Shown: positions 37,601 to 54,660, counted from the first letter of the stretch. The stretch is DNA of 64,000 nucleotides from Neocallimastix sp. 'constans' (GCA_050613775.1 JBODTK010000015.1:1054001-1118000); one strand, 5' to 3'. The notes: generated by a model from the letters alone, not told the origin. Numbers and translations: made by a program.

Positions 37601-38107
37601 ATTATTCTTCCTTTTTTTTAATAATATTATTAATAATATTATCTGTTTATTATTATAGAATTTATGATAAATTTTATATAAATTGAAATATTTTATTATA
37701 ATAAATATTTTAAAAAAAATAAAATATTAAATAAAATTTTAATTATTTAAATTTTTAAGTAATATAAAGATAAAGTTACACAAATTATTTGTTAGTAATT
37801 TTTTTTTTTTTGAAATTGTAAAACTGAATATAAATTAATTTATACTTCTGGAATATCCTTGATTTATATTAAAATAAAAATTATTTGATAATTCATAATA
37901 TATATACAATAATTTAATATTGATATATTACGACAATATATATTATAGTTCTTGGAAAGTATTTCATATAAAAAGATCAAAATATTTCTAAATTTATTTT
38001 ATTTATTTTTAAAATTAGTATATTATTATTTAATTATTACTTAATTAATAATATAATAAATTTAAATTTTAGTTAATTAAAAAAAAAAAAAAAGGAAAAA
38101 AAAAAAA

Positions 38108-39625
38108 ATGAATAGTTTTCAATTTTTAGTTGCACTTACTGCCTCATTTGGTGGTCTTCTTTTCGGTTATGAAGTTGGTGTCATGAACGTCGTCCTCGTT
38201 ATGGACGCTTTCCGTATTTTCTTCAAATTCCATAGTTGGAATGGTGATGCTCTCGATGAAAATGGTAAGGATACTACCGATAAGGCTAAAATGATGTACC
38301 GTAAGTTAACTGAAGCTAATAATAAAGCTACTCTTGAAGGAGTTATTACTTCCAGTTTCGTTCTTGGTGCTCTTTGTGGTGCTCTTATGGCTACTTACCT
38401 TGGTGAAAAATATGGTCGTCAAAGAACTATTATGATTGGAGCTTGTATTTTCACATGTGGTGCTATCATTCAAGGTATTTCTGCTCGTCATTGGGCTATG
38501 ATTGCCGTTGGTCGTCTTATCACTGGTCTTTCCATTGGTTGTAATGGTGTCCTTTGTCCAACTTATATTTCTGAAGTTGCACCAGCTAAGATCAGAGGTA
38601 CTCTTTCTTCTTGCTACCAACTTATGACTACTTTCGGTATTATTGTTGCCGCCATCATTAATTCCATTGTCTGGTACTACACTAACTCTACTCCAGCTGG
38701 TTTAGGTGAAAAAAGACAAGATATTTGGAAAGAAGTTCCAAACTTTGAATGGAGATTTGCACTTTTATTCCAAGTTATTCCAGGTCTTGGTCTTGCCATC
38801 CTCATGAGTTTCCTTCCAAAATCTCCACGTTGGTTATGTTCTAAGGATCGTGATGAAGAAGCAGTTGAAGTTTTAGCTAAACTTAATGCAGCTTCTACTT
38901 CAGATGAACTTGTTCAAAGTGAACTTAAAGCCATTCAAGAAGATGTTGCAGCTACTCGTGCTGCTGGTTCTTCTTCTTTCAGTGAACTTTTCAGTCCTGT
39001 TATTCGTCGTCGTACTTTCATTACTTTCTTAATGCAACTTTTCCAACAATGGACTGGTATTAATGTTATTATGTACTATCAATCACAAATTTATGATGAA
39101 ATTGGTTTCTCTAAATTCATGTCCACGGTTGTTCTTCCAATTATCAATAACTTTGTCAACTTCATTTCTACATTCCCAGGTATGTGGGGTATTGAAAGAT
39201 TAGGTCGTAAGACATTATTAGTTGTTGGAGCACTTATGATGATGGTCTTCCACATTTCCACCTGGGCTTGTTCTACTCAAACCAACAATGGTAAGATGTG
39301 GCAATACCTTGCCGTCGCTTCTGTCTTCTTATTCGTCTTCTCGTTCGCCTGGACCTGGGGACCAGTTCCATGGGTTTACCAAGCAGAAGTTTTCCCACTT
39401 CGTGTCAGAGTCAAAGGATCAGCTGTTGGTACTGTCTCTAACTTCCTTAACAACTGGATTATTGCCTTTGTTGGACCAGCTCTTATGAAAGCCTGGTCTA
39501 CCAGAACTTTCCTTCTTTTCGCTGCAGCCTGTCTCCTTGCCTGGGTTTACTCACAATTTTATGTTATTGAATGTAAGGGACTTAGTATTGATGAAATGGA
39601 TGCTAAGATGGCTGGTAAAGCTTAA
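38108..39625 (+). CDS. MFS sugar porter family transporter, copy B, 505 aa, intronless
   Basis: Same motifs as copy A; differs by one residue (KDTTDK vs KDTNDK). Confidence 0.95.
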   Translation: MNSFQFLVALTASFGGLLFGYEVGVMNVVLVMDAFRIFFKFHSWNGDALDENGKDTTDKAKMMYRKLTEANNKATLEGVITSSFVLGALCGALMATYLGEKYGRQRTIMIGACIFTCGAIIQGISARHWAMIAVGRLITGLSIGCNGVLCPTYISEVAPAKIRGTLSSCYQLMTTFGIIVAAIINSIVWYYTNSTPAGLGEKRQDIWKEVPNFEWRFALLFQVIPGLGLAILMSFLPKSPRWLCSKDRDEEAVEVLAKLNAASTSDELVQSELKAIQEDVAATRAAGSSSFSELFSPVIRRRTFITFLMQLFQQWTGINVIMYYQSQIYDEIGFSKFMSTVVLPIINNFVNFISTFPGMWGIERLGRKTLLVVGALMMMVFHISTWACSTQTNNGKMWQYLAVASVFLFVFSFAWTWGPVPWVYQAEVFPLRVRVKGSAVGTVSNFLNNWIIAFVGPALMKAWSTRTFLLFAAACLLAWVYSQFYVIECKGLSIDEMDAKMAGKA

Positions 39626-40539
39626 ATGAATTTTTAAAAAAAAATGAAAAGAAAAATTTCACATATTTCAAATCATCGTTTAATTCCTATATAATAATTA
39701 ATTTTTGTTTTTCAGAAAAAGCGAATACAATATATGTATAAGAATTAATCAATTAGTTTATATTATTATAGAAATAATTAAATTTACATCTTTATTAAGA
39801 GTAAATTTTTAAGAGTAAATCTTAAAAAAATATATATATAAATAATATAATTAAAAAAAAAAAAAAAAAAAAAAAATTTTTTTTCTTTTATTTTGTTTAA
39901 TATTTAATAATAAATAAAAAAAAAATAAAAAATTATTACTTTTTGTGTTTTTATTGTTTCTTATTGTGTTTTTAATATGTGATTATTGAATGAAAGAAAA
40001 AATATAATTTAAAAATAATTATTCAAGGATTTTAGTTATAAGTTTTTTTTAAAATATTTTATTAATAGCTTTTACAATTATATTGAAAATGACATATATA
40101 TTTTATCTACATCTACATTTAAGCTATTATATGATTATTCAACAGAAAATGTTTACGTTTTAAAGAGCTTTATTAATTGAAAAGAAAACATTTATTCAAG
40201 AAATAAGATGAAAAGAATATTCATTATAACAGAGTATACATGTGATTTATTTTACTTAACAATCTATTAGTTACTGAACTAAGAACAAATAAAAATATTC
40301 ATATTATTTTAATTAGTTTATTTTTTTTTTTTTTTTTTTTTAATTTTAATATTTTTAATTATTTTTATTTATATTCATTCTAAATGCAAAAAATTCAAGG
40401 ATAATATTTTGTCAGTGAAAAAAAAAAAATTATTAAATTCAATGATAGTTTCTTTAGGATAAAAGTAATACACTCCAAATATTAACCATGAAAAATTTGA
40501 AGAAGTATTTGAAAAAAAGCAATATCAGAAGTTAAAATT

Positions 40540-41842
40540 TCATATCATAGATGTTCCAAATGGAATCATAAGCTTTCTTTTTCAGCATTTAAAACAAAAT
40601 TTAATATTTAATAACACATCCAATAATATAAACTTAGCAAATCTCAAAGTTTTCATCAAATAAATTTGGAATGGTGATTTCTCAAAATCATGGAATAACG
40701 CATCCATTAGTTTCTCTTCATAAAAAGGGACAATCCATCAGATTGTAATAAATATCGTGGCATCTCTCTTATCAATAATGGATTAAAAATTATATCAAAA
40801 ATCATAGCTAATAGAATCTCTAAATATGGAATTGATGAAGGATTTATAAGACCTGAACAATATGGATTTAGTAATCATGAAGAATGTTTATGTCTTAACA
40901 CTACATTTAAGAATTATATGTCAGAGAAGGAAATTTAAAAATAAGGATACTTACCTTGCTTTTTTTTTAGACCTTAGAAAAGCGTATGACTCAGTGCCAA
41001 CATATAATGTATTAATGAGGATTCATCACTTTGGTATTAGAGGTAAGTACTATAAATTTATTGAAAACTTATACTTATCTTCCAAGGCTTGTGTAAGAGT
41101 TGATGAACAATTATTGGAATCATTTAGTATTAAGAAAGGAGTTCGTCAAGGTTATCCCCTCTCACCAATTTTTGTTTAACTTGTTCATTAATGATATTTT
41201 TAATAATTGTGATAAATATGGAATTTCTATTGGGGATAAGCGTTGTTGTGGAGGTTTTTTTTTGCAGATGACATTGTGTTATGTGCACCAACAAGATTCC
41301 CAACTTAAGAAATTGTTAAAGTTTTCCAGTAAGTGGGCTATAAATAATGAAATGCAATTTGGTATCAATAAATGTGCCGGTTTAGTAGTACGAGGGGAAG
41401 TTTCAAGATTTCTTAATAATAGTAACCCCTTCCTTTTTTTATCTTTCAAGTCAAGAGTTACCTAAAAGGAATTGCTATACCTACTTAGATGTACCGTTTT
41501 CAAATGATTTAGAATTGAAATCGATCATACAAAGAATAAATAATAAAGTAAGAAAAAGCACTTTATTCAATAAAAGGATTTCTTAAGAATCCCCATATTT
41601 CTATCCCTTATAAAAGAATGTTATTTTCAACTATAGTAATTGGACACAAGTTTCACATAACACTGTTATCACAGATATGAATAATATAGAATTAAGTTCT
41701 GATTCTGATAGTAGCAACGAAGTATATAATATTAATAATAATAGCAAAAGAAATAATATTGTTAATAATAGTAGTTTTAGTGATAAAACTTTTTTTTTAA
41801 CATTTGGTTAAAATTATTAATTATTAATTTTAAAGAAATTTT

Positions 41843-41891
<49 letters not shown>
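40540..41891 (+). mobile_element. Degraded non-LTR retrotransposon (LINE) reverse-transcriptase region with probable poly(A) tail
   Basis: RT motifs across frameshifts: PSDCNKYRGISLINN, PEQYGF, FLDLRKAYDSV, GVRQGYPLSP, FADD (about 41261-41272), FGINKC, YLDVPFSNDL. Homology breaks near 41650; A-run at about 41848-41891. Confidence 0.88.
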
Positions 41892-41892
<1 letters not shown>

Positions 41893-42846
41893 AAGAAAAA
41901 ATAAAAAAAATATACATTTCCTTAACATTTTTTTTTTTTTTTTATATTTTTAATAAGATTTATAATTACATATCATAATATATAATAATTAGAATATAAT
42001 CATTCTTCTTTTTAAAATTCATTTAAATTAATTTATAACATTCCTTTCTAATAATAATATCAATTTCATATAAACCATCAAATATTTCATGATATAAATA
42101 AATAATAATTTAAAGTAAAAAATATTAAACAATCGTACATAATTATGTACTATTGTTTAATACTTTTCAAAAAACGTTTTTCAAAGTATGTTTTATCTTT
42201 TAATATTTTTTGATTGTTATTCATTTTTCAATTATTTATTTTATTTGTTACATTATTTATTCATTATTTAAATATTTTATTATTAATATTTTTTATTTAT
42301 TTAATTATAATTTATTTATTTTTTATTTATTCATTTAAATATTATTTAAAAATAAAATAATAATAATAATAATAATATATAAATATATATATGTATATAT
42401 AATTACTATTTCAATTATTTTTTATTTTTTATTTTTTATTTTTTATTTTATATTTTATTTTATTTTATTATTATAAATATTATTAGAAAATAATCTAATT
42501 TTTTTTTTAATTTTTATTTTATTTTTTTTTTTCTTTTAAAACTTTTTTTAATTTTTTTTTTTTTTTATATTATAAGTTGAATTGATAAAAAATAATATAT
42601 AATAGTAAAAAGAAATAAAAATTAATTATTTATTTAATTAGTGGTTCATTAATTGATTTGATAGATGTTAAGAGATTAAAAAAAATAATAATAAATAATA
42701 AAATTAAAATAAAATTAAAATAATAATAAATATTCGTTATTTATAAAATATTATATTTATAGGAAAAGTATTTTACTTTAATTTTTTGATTTACAGTTAT
42801 TTTTTTTTTTTTTTTTTTTTAAGAAAAAAAAAACATATTTTATAAT

Positions 42847-43359
42847 TTACATCCCTTCTTCAAAATCTGGTGGTACACATTTGTTTATATTAATAAATTC
42901 ATAAAATCTATAAAAAAAAAAATAAAATAAAAAAAAAAAATAAAAAAAAAAAAATATATATATATATATATACAAATAAATATATTAATATATTAATATA
43001 TTAATGGAAAAGAAAAGTATAGAAAAAAAAATATAATTAAATCTATCCATTAAATAATTATTAGAGATTATCGTTATTATTATTATTACTATTTTTACTA
43101 TTATTATTACTACTATTATTACTATTATTTTAATTTTTATTATTATTATTACTATTATTATTACTATTATTATTATTACTATTATTATTACTATTGTTAT
43201 TTCTATTAGTATTATTATAATTATATAATTGTTTTTATTTGATTTTATTTGACTTTTTATATATATACATATATAAAAAAAAACTTACTGTCTTGGAATT
43301 TCAGCTAAGGTTTCGGAAGCTAAAATTTCTGGATTAGAAATATATTTACTATACATATA

Positions 43360-43390
<31 letters not shown>

Positions 43391-43955
43391 TCATTTATTT
43401 TAGAATTAGTTTAATTTATTAGGTATTTATAAAAAGAAAAAGAAAAATGAAGAAAAAAAGTATTTTAATATTTATTAAATATTTTTATTTCTAAATATAT
43501 ATATCAAAGTACTATATATATATATATATAATTAAATTAAAATAAAATAATACAAAAAAAAAAAAAAAAATAAAAATAAAAATAAAAATAAAAAATAAAA
43601 ATATAATAAAATATAAATAATTAAAATAATATATATATATAAATTTACTTTAATGGTATGAATTGAACAATATCTCTCATTCTTTTACTACTATCCCCAT
43701 CTAAACGTTCCATACTTGAAAAGTCAAAATCACCAACACCAACAATAATAATAGAAATAGGTAATTCAGAAGCCTTTTGTATTTCTTCCATGGTTTCCTT
43801 CATATCATTAATTTCACCATCTGTTATGATAGTAAGAATGGTATATTGATTTAAGACAATTTCTTCATCAACCTTAGTACATCCATTTCTTTTAACCTTA
43901 CTACAAATTTTTCTAATAATAGGTGCAAAGTTAGTTGGGAAACCTTTTATTTTAA

Positions 43956-44000
<45 letters not shown>

Positions 44001-45051
44001 AATAATAATAATAATAAATTATTTTATGATTATGCATTAATATTTAAAGAAAAAATATATACATATATATATATATTTATCAGGATAAATATAAGAATAT
44101 ATATGAATAAATATAATTAATATAATAAATGTAATATATAATAATTAATAATAAATATTATTAATAATAAGTATAAATAATATTAATAATTGGAAGAAAA
44201 AATATAATTTATTTATATTATATAATATAATATAATATAATATAATATAACATAATATAATATAATATATATTAATTTTTTCTTTAACTTTTAATTTTTT
44301 TTTTAATTATTTTTAATATTTTTTTATACAAAAAAAAAAAAAAAAAACTATACCTAATTTAACATCTTCAAGAGTTTTATAATAAATATCCAGGACACCT
44401 TGAATACCATCGACATTAGGTTCTATCTCATTACCATTTAAAGGATAATCAAATTTCATAATTTCACTACCTTTAAATTGAGCGCCATAACCGTAAACTC
44501 CAAATTTTTTATTAGTATCATAGGTTTCAAGAACTTTACCAATGGCTGTAATGGCCTTTTGGTATTGATTTAGAGAATTAAAATTGGTAAGATCAGCTTG
44601 ATCAATAATTTTATGAAGAGAAAATTCTTCACGTGGAGTACCATTACTAGAAGTAAAATCAATAGCGAAATTTACTGCGATTTCAGTACCATGTAATGGG
44701 AAAGTAGAAAATGAAAAACCTTCGGTGAAATTGATTGATTCAAATGTAAAAATACCTGAATTTTTGTAATCATCTTTTTTTTCCTTTTTCTTTTCATTTA
44801 TAAGTTCAAAGGTTTTTTGACTTTGAACAGTTTTAAAATCCGCTTCGAATTTACCAATAAAATCTGGATTAGTATATTTATCCCAATCATAAACTAATTA
44901 ACAATTCATTAATTATATACAATAAAATAAATTATTTATATATATTTATATATAATTTATGTATAATTTATAATTTATATAATATATATATATATATAAA
45001 AAAGTCAGAGCTTAAGTATTAAATTTATTAAAAATAAAAATAATTTGATTT

Positions 45052-45084
<33 letters not shown>

Positions 45085-45111
45085 CTATAATAATTATATA
45101 TCAAATATATC

Positions 45112-45142
<31 letters not shown>

Positions 45143-45399
45143 GAATATATATATATATATATTTTGTATTTTATTTTATATATATATATTATTTTTTTTT
45201 TACCTTCAAATTTTAATAATTTTTCATCATTTCCAGAATTGAGTCTAACTAAATCTATACTGGCATTTTTCCAAACTGGATTTAATGTATTTTTTCTAAT
45301 TTTACTGGTATAAACTTTTGACCAGGTACCATTTTCTAATTGTTTAGAAATAACAAAATAGGGATCACTTTTTCCAAGGATATCCTTTATTTTATTTAA

Positions 45400-45458
<59 letters not shown>

Positions 45459-45494
45459 ATTATAATTATTATTATTATTATTATTTTATTATTA

Positions 45495-45536
<42 letters not shown>

Positions 45537-45685
45537 TTTATTAATTTATTTTATATATATTATTTTTTTTTTTTTTTTTTTATTTTTTATTTTTTTAATG
45601 TGTTAAAATAGTAAATATATATATAGATAGAATAATATTTATAAAATGATAATAATAAGTTTCATATAATAACAAATTTTTTAAC

Positions 45686-45730
<45 letters not shown>

Positions 45731-47290
45731 ATATTTGTATTTGAAATATATATAAAATATTGTAATTATTATAATTACTATTATAAATTTTATTATTAAA
45801 ATGATGAATATCTTACCTTTTTATCGAGATCTTTACATGAAATATTAAAGAAGGCATGAACAGCAGTATTAATAACTTCTTCAATAGTAATAATCATACG
45901 AGCATCTTTAGTATTATGCTTTTTTTCTTTGAATCTCATACCGTATGGTATAGTACTATTTATTTCATAGGTACATTTATTTTCCTTGGAGTTAACCATT
46001 AATTCACCAATTGACTTTTCAACATAGCCAATAAACTCATTATTTAAGAAGCCGTCATTTTTACCGTCCATATCTAAAACAACAAATCTTAAATTTTGTA
46101 TCTTTTAATTAAGTAAATTAAATAAATAAAAGGTCCAAAAAGTAATTAATTATTAATATAATAATATCATTATAAATACATATAAATAATAATATTATTA
46201 TAAATACGTAAAAGTATATACAATATATATTTAATAAATAAAAAGGGGAATATCCATATTATCCATATAATATAATATAATTATTTTTGGTTAAGAAGAT
46301 ATTATCAAAAAAATTTTTGATATTTTTGATATGTTGAAAAATATTATAAAATATTATTGAATAGTTTATATGATTTATATGATTGATGGATATAATAATT
46401 ATATTGATTTTTAAATTTATATTGATTTTGGGATAATATATTGATATTAATAATATGAAAAAGGGATTATTAATTTTTTTAATTTTTTTTTTTTTTTTTT
46501 TTATTATTTTTAAATTATTTATAGAATTCAAAATAATAATAGTAATAAAAATATATATGTATAAATAAATAAAACAAATAAAAGATTTATTTTAATATAT
46601 ATTAGAAAATATTATTTTCAAAGTTAAAGAGATTATATATATATGTTAAATATAAAAAAGTTATTTAAATATATATATATATGTATAAATAATAAAATAA
46701 ATGAATATAAAAAAAAATAATAATAATATGATATAAAAATTAGTAATTTCAATAATTTAATTTAACTTTATTATTATTTTTTTTTTTTATTTTACAAAAA
46801 CAAACAAAATAAAATATATAGATATTGATTTAAAAATGGAATAATAATAATAATAATAAAGTAAACCATTTTAAATAAATATAATTATTATTTATTTTAT
46901 ACAAGTCAACAAACAAACAAACAAACAAATTAATAAATAAATAAATAAATGAAAATAAAATAGAAAAAAAAAAAAAAAAATACTTACATATTGGAAGTAA
47001 TATTCAAATATAAAAGATTTAGCAAAATTTGGATTAGCACAATTATTTGCAGTTTCGGTATTTCCAACTAAAATCCATTTTGATTCAGGGATACCGCTAG
47101 TATAAACTTTTTCCTCAAAGAAAACATAAATTTTTGCATTTGGTTTATTTGGTAAATTTTCACAAGTCAATTTAATTTCAACTTTAGCATTTGGAGAATA
47201 CGTAACACCTTCAACATTAGAATATTTATTATTGAATTCGATAGTTTCTGGTCCAGTAGAAACGTTAGTAGTTTCAGTTTCTGTAGTCAT
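42847..47290 (-). CDS. Copine (C2A-C2B-vWA Ca2+/phospholipid-binding protein), about 7 exons
   Basis: Approximate exons 47290-46988, 46104-45817, 45387-45204, 44894-44354, 43945-43650, 43350-43289, 42907-42847. Motifs: VGNTE....ANPNFAKSF.FEYYF, DILGKSDPYF, YDWD, AIDFTSSNG, PTNFAPII, ILTIITDGEINDM, LPISIIIVGVG...MERLDGD, RDIVQF, LAEIP. Confidence 0.92.
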
Positions 47291-47346
47291 TTTTTTTTTT
47301 TTTTATTATTATTCTTTATTTTTTATTTTAATGTTTTTTAAAAAGT

Positions 47347-47384
<38 letters not shown>

Positions 47385-49992
47385 GTTATTCTTTTTAGAT
47401 TTATTTAATAAAATAAATGTATTTTTTTTTTTTTTTGTATTTACAAAAAGTATTAATATTTATTATTATTATTATTATTATTCTTTTTTTTCTTTTTATT
47501 TATTTATGTATTTATTTTTATTGTTTCAAAAAGAAAAAAAAATAAATAAATAATAATTAACTTTATATACAAATAAAAATATTTGATAAATAAATTAAAT
47601 GAGAAAACTAATAATTTCTTTATTTAAAAAAAAAAAAAAAAAAGAAAGAAAAAAAATAGATTAGTTTAGAAATAAATTATTAATAAGATTATCTTATTTA
47701 TATATACTAAATATCTACACCTTTTAAACTAATTATTTACTATTATTATTATTATTATTATTGTTTTTATTATTATTATTAATTATTATTAATTATTATT
47801 TTGATATTTATACAGTTTGGAATTAGTTTTGATATAATGAAAAGAAACAAAAGAATGAAAATAAAAAAAAAAAATAAAAAAATATTTTTATAATTTATTA
47901 TTCCTTTAATAAAATATTAAATTAAATTTAATTTCATAATAAATAAACTTTTAACTTTTTTTTTCTATTAAAAAATTTTTCCAAAATAATTAATTAATCA
48001 ATAAAAAAAAAAACAAAAAACAAAAAACAAAACAAAACAAAAATATATATATATATATATTTTTTTTCTTCTTTTTAATTTGCCATGGTTGATGTACAAA
48101 GACAATTTTTCAATGAAAGAAAGAAAGAAAGAAAGAAAGAAAAAAAAAAAAAGTAAAAACTATTTTATATATATATATAAATATATATATTATATTTAAC
48201 AAATAAATATATTTTAGTGTATATACATATTTTTTCTATGCTTTACTTTCTTATAAACATTTACTTTACTTTATATATTTAATAAGTATAATAATAATTT
48301 AAGTTAGAATCAAAAAAGAAAAAAAAAAAATTTTTTTGATTTGTAATTTAGAATTTTTTTTTTTTTTAGTTTTTCGGTGTGTACCACCCTTGGTTTCAGC
48401 CCACCTCCTCTCAGGGGCAGTAGGAAAATTGAGGTAGTCAAACACTTACATATAGGCAGATTTAATTTGAAGTTTAGAAGGAATAATAAAGACAGTCATT
48501 AAAATAATTAAATTAAAAATATATAATTAAATGAATAAATAAATATATATATAAATAAATGAAACCATATATAGTCTTCATAATAATTAAACAAAGAATT
48601 AGAACAAAAAATAAAAAAAAAAAAATTAAAATAAAATAAAATCTTCTTCTAAATAAATTTAAATAGTATTTAATTATAAAAAAAAATACATTTTATATAT
48701 GTCATCAATATATATTAATATATATCTTATATAAATTATAATAATAGATACATTTTATATATAATATAATATACATTATACATTACAAATATTATTTTAA
48801 TGTACTTAATTATTTAACTATGTTATTATTTTTCTTAGAAAAATAGAATTTACTATTTTCTTTAAATTAAATTTTGATATAGAATAAATTATATAATATA
48901 TTAAAAGTATATTAATAATAAATATAAATCAATAGATTTAATATAATAACTAATAAAATTAAGAAAATGGAGACATTTTGACAGGTTTTTTAATTTTTTT
49001 TTTAATTTTTTTTTTTTTTATTTTTTATTTTAACATTAAGTGAATTATTAAAAAAAAAAAAAAAAAAAAAAGGAATGAAATGAATAAATAGTATGTGGAA
49101 ATAAACTTAATATAAAAATAAATAAAAAGAAAATTAAAAAAAAAAAAAAGAAAAAAAGAAAAGAAATATTTGGTAAATAATTAGTGAGTTAAATGTGAAT
49201 ATTACCAATATAAATATTTTTAAATAAATTGATAAATTGATTAAATAAATTAATGAATCTAACCTCACCTCCAAGATCATAAGAAGAAATGCTATTATAG
49301 AAAATTAACCTTAAATAATACTAATACTACTAATAATACTACTAATAATAATAATAAATAAATAATAAAAAATAAATAATAAAAACTTTTTTTTTTTCAT
49401 ATTTTTTTTTTTATTTTATTTCATAATCGTTTTCAGTTTATTTTTTATTTTTTTATCTATTTTAATTTTTTTTTTTAGTTATTGTTATTATATATAGAGA
49501 GGTATGCTTTTATTATTTTTTTTTTTTTTTTCTTTGAATATTACTTTAAAAGAATTTTAAAAGAATATATATAATATATATAATATATATAATCAATAAT
49601 ATTAAAATAATAATAATAATAATTTAATAATAATTAAATATAAGTAATATTATATATATATATATAAAAATAAAAATAAAAATAAAAAAATAAATAAAAA
49701 AAAAATAATAATAAAAATAAAAATAAAAATAAAAATTAAATATTATTGTTATTTATAATAAATATTAATATTAATATTAATAATAAAAAAATAATTATAT
49801 ATAGCAAATTAGAGATTATAAATATTAAAATTAGAATTAAATATAAAAAATTTTAAATATATTTAAATAATATACTCCAATAAAAAATAATGAAAATATA
49901 AATAATTATAATAATAATAATAATAGATTAATTAAATAAATTAAAATATATTTATAATGAATATTACTATAATTTAAAAAAAAAATAAAATA

Positions 49993-50036
<44 letters not shown>

Positions 50037-50051
50037 TTTTTCTTCTGATCT

Positions 50052-52943
<2,892 letters not shown>

Positions 52944-53180
52944 TTTTATTTATTTTCAGTAAAATTAATAATAATGGAAATCTTTGCAATATTTTTATTT
53001 ATAGAGTTGTTCAAATTGTAACTTAATGTATGATTTTATTTAAGATAATAATTGGTATAAATTGATTTGTATCAATTGCTTTTATATACATGTATATAAA
53101 ATATAATATAAAATATAAATATATATATATATATATATATATTTAAAAATATAAAATAAATTAAAAAAAATAATAATAAC

Positions 53181-53221
<41 letters not shown>

Positions 53222-53496
53222 TTAAGATCTAAAAGAAATTACTATAATAGAAATCTATTTTAAAAATTTATTAATATAAAAATTTTAAAATCTTTAAAAA
53301 TTTAATCTTATTACAATTAATAAGATTACATCATTAAACTGTTCATTATAGAATAAGAATGTGAAGTAATTTAATTAAATGAAATTAATTTAAAATTTGA
53401 ATGATGAATTTTTGAATGTTCAATTAATTTACTATGAAAAATTTCATTCTTATTAATTAATATATGAATTAGGTTTAAATTATTATTATTATTTGT

Positions 53497-53645
53497 TTTT
53501 TATTTTATTTTATTTTATTTTATTTTATTTTATTTTATTTTATTTTATTTTATTTTATTTTATTTTATTTTATTTTATTTTATTTTATTTTATTTTATTT
53601 TATTTTATTTTATTTTATTTTATTTTATTTTATTTTATTTTATTT
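53497..53645. repeat. (TTTTA)n pentamer microsatellite
   Basis: Uninterrupted ttatt units seen directly. Confidence 0.9.
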
Positions 53646-54237
53646 AGAATAATTATTTTATAAATATTACTTTTTATTTCATTAATTACTTTTAAAAGTT
53701 CATTTATTATAATATATTTTTTTTATTTATAGAATATTAAATTTCAAAATCAAAATTTCATTCATACTTAAAATCTTTTTATGTTTAATAGTAAATAAAT
53801 TAATAATATGTAATGAAAATACTTACTTTTTTTTTTTAAGTAAAGAAAATTTTAAAATTGATGTTAAAAATGATTATTATTATTATTATTATTACTAATA
53901 TTGAAATTTTATAAATTTTTGAATTTTAACTTTTTTTTTTTTCTTCTATTTTTTTCCTTTTTTATTAAAATTTACTTCTTTTTATATAATATATCAATAA
54001 AAAAGAAAACTCTTAAAAAAAAAAATTTAAAATTTTTATAAATAGATTTTATTTATTTATTTATTTATATTTATTTATTTATATTTATTTATTATTTATT
54101 TATTTATTTATTTTTATTTTTTGTATCCAATACAAATAGAATGATACAGAATTTTTTAATTAATAATTATTAATTTATCGATAAATTTATTTATTCATTT
54201 AATTATTTTATTCATTTAATTAAATATTTAATTAAAT

Positions 54238-54268
<31 letters not shown>

Positions 54269-54660
54269 TAGTTCTATATATATATTTTCTGGCTTATTAA
54301 ACCATAGAAAATTCATTATAATATTACACATATAACTCTTTATTACAAGTAATTATTATCTATTTTGATAATTTTTTTTTTATAATTTATAATAAATTTT
54401 ATTTAATTATTAATTTTATTATTTAATATATAAAAGTAATATTTTTTTTTTTTTATTTTTCAAAGTAGAAAGATACTATACTTGAGCATTGCTTTATTCA
54501 TTATCAATTAACCATACAGAACTCTGTAGATATAATTATTAATAATTTTAATGAAAAATATTTGTTACAAAAAAAAAAAATTGGGATAGAATTTTTATTA
54601 AAATGATGAATAAAAAAAATTTTAATTTAAATAAATGAAAAAATAAAAAAAAAAAAAAAA

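Larger units (their letters stand above)
32680..40045. repeat. About 7.4 kb imperfect inverted duplication (palindrome) centred near 36.4-36.5 kb, carrying both transporter genes
   Basis: CDSs and proximal flanks are near-identical reverse complements. Diverged mirror blocks persist inward: 35257-35337 vs 37405-37487, ataattagaaacaa at 36068 vs 36961, and 36181-36219 vs 36786-36824. Confidence 0.9.

Noticed and set aside
33224..39488. Antisense and alternate-frame ORFs inside the transporter genes (33224, 34092, 38306, 39288)
   Set aside because: By-products of biased codon usage; they are duplicated only because the host gene is.
33087..39625. Assembly fold-back artefact for the transporter pair
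   Set aside because: The copies differ at mostly synonymous sites and the spacer arms are strongly diverged, which an artefact would not produce.
48372..48500. TPP riboswitch, hammerhead ribozyme, U1 snRNA or ubiquitin-like LRGG exon
   Set aside because: CTGAGA is present but the TPP P4/P5 consensus is absent; no CUGANGA core; no ATACTTACCTG; the LRGG frame has no start or ubiquitin-fold sequence.
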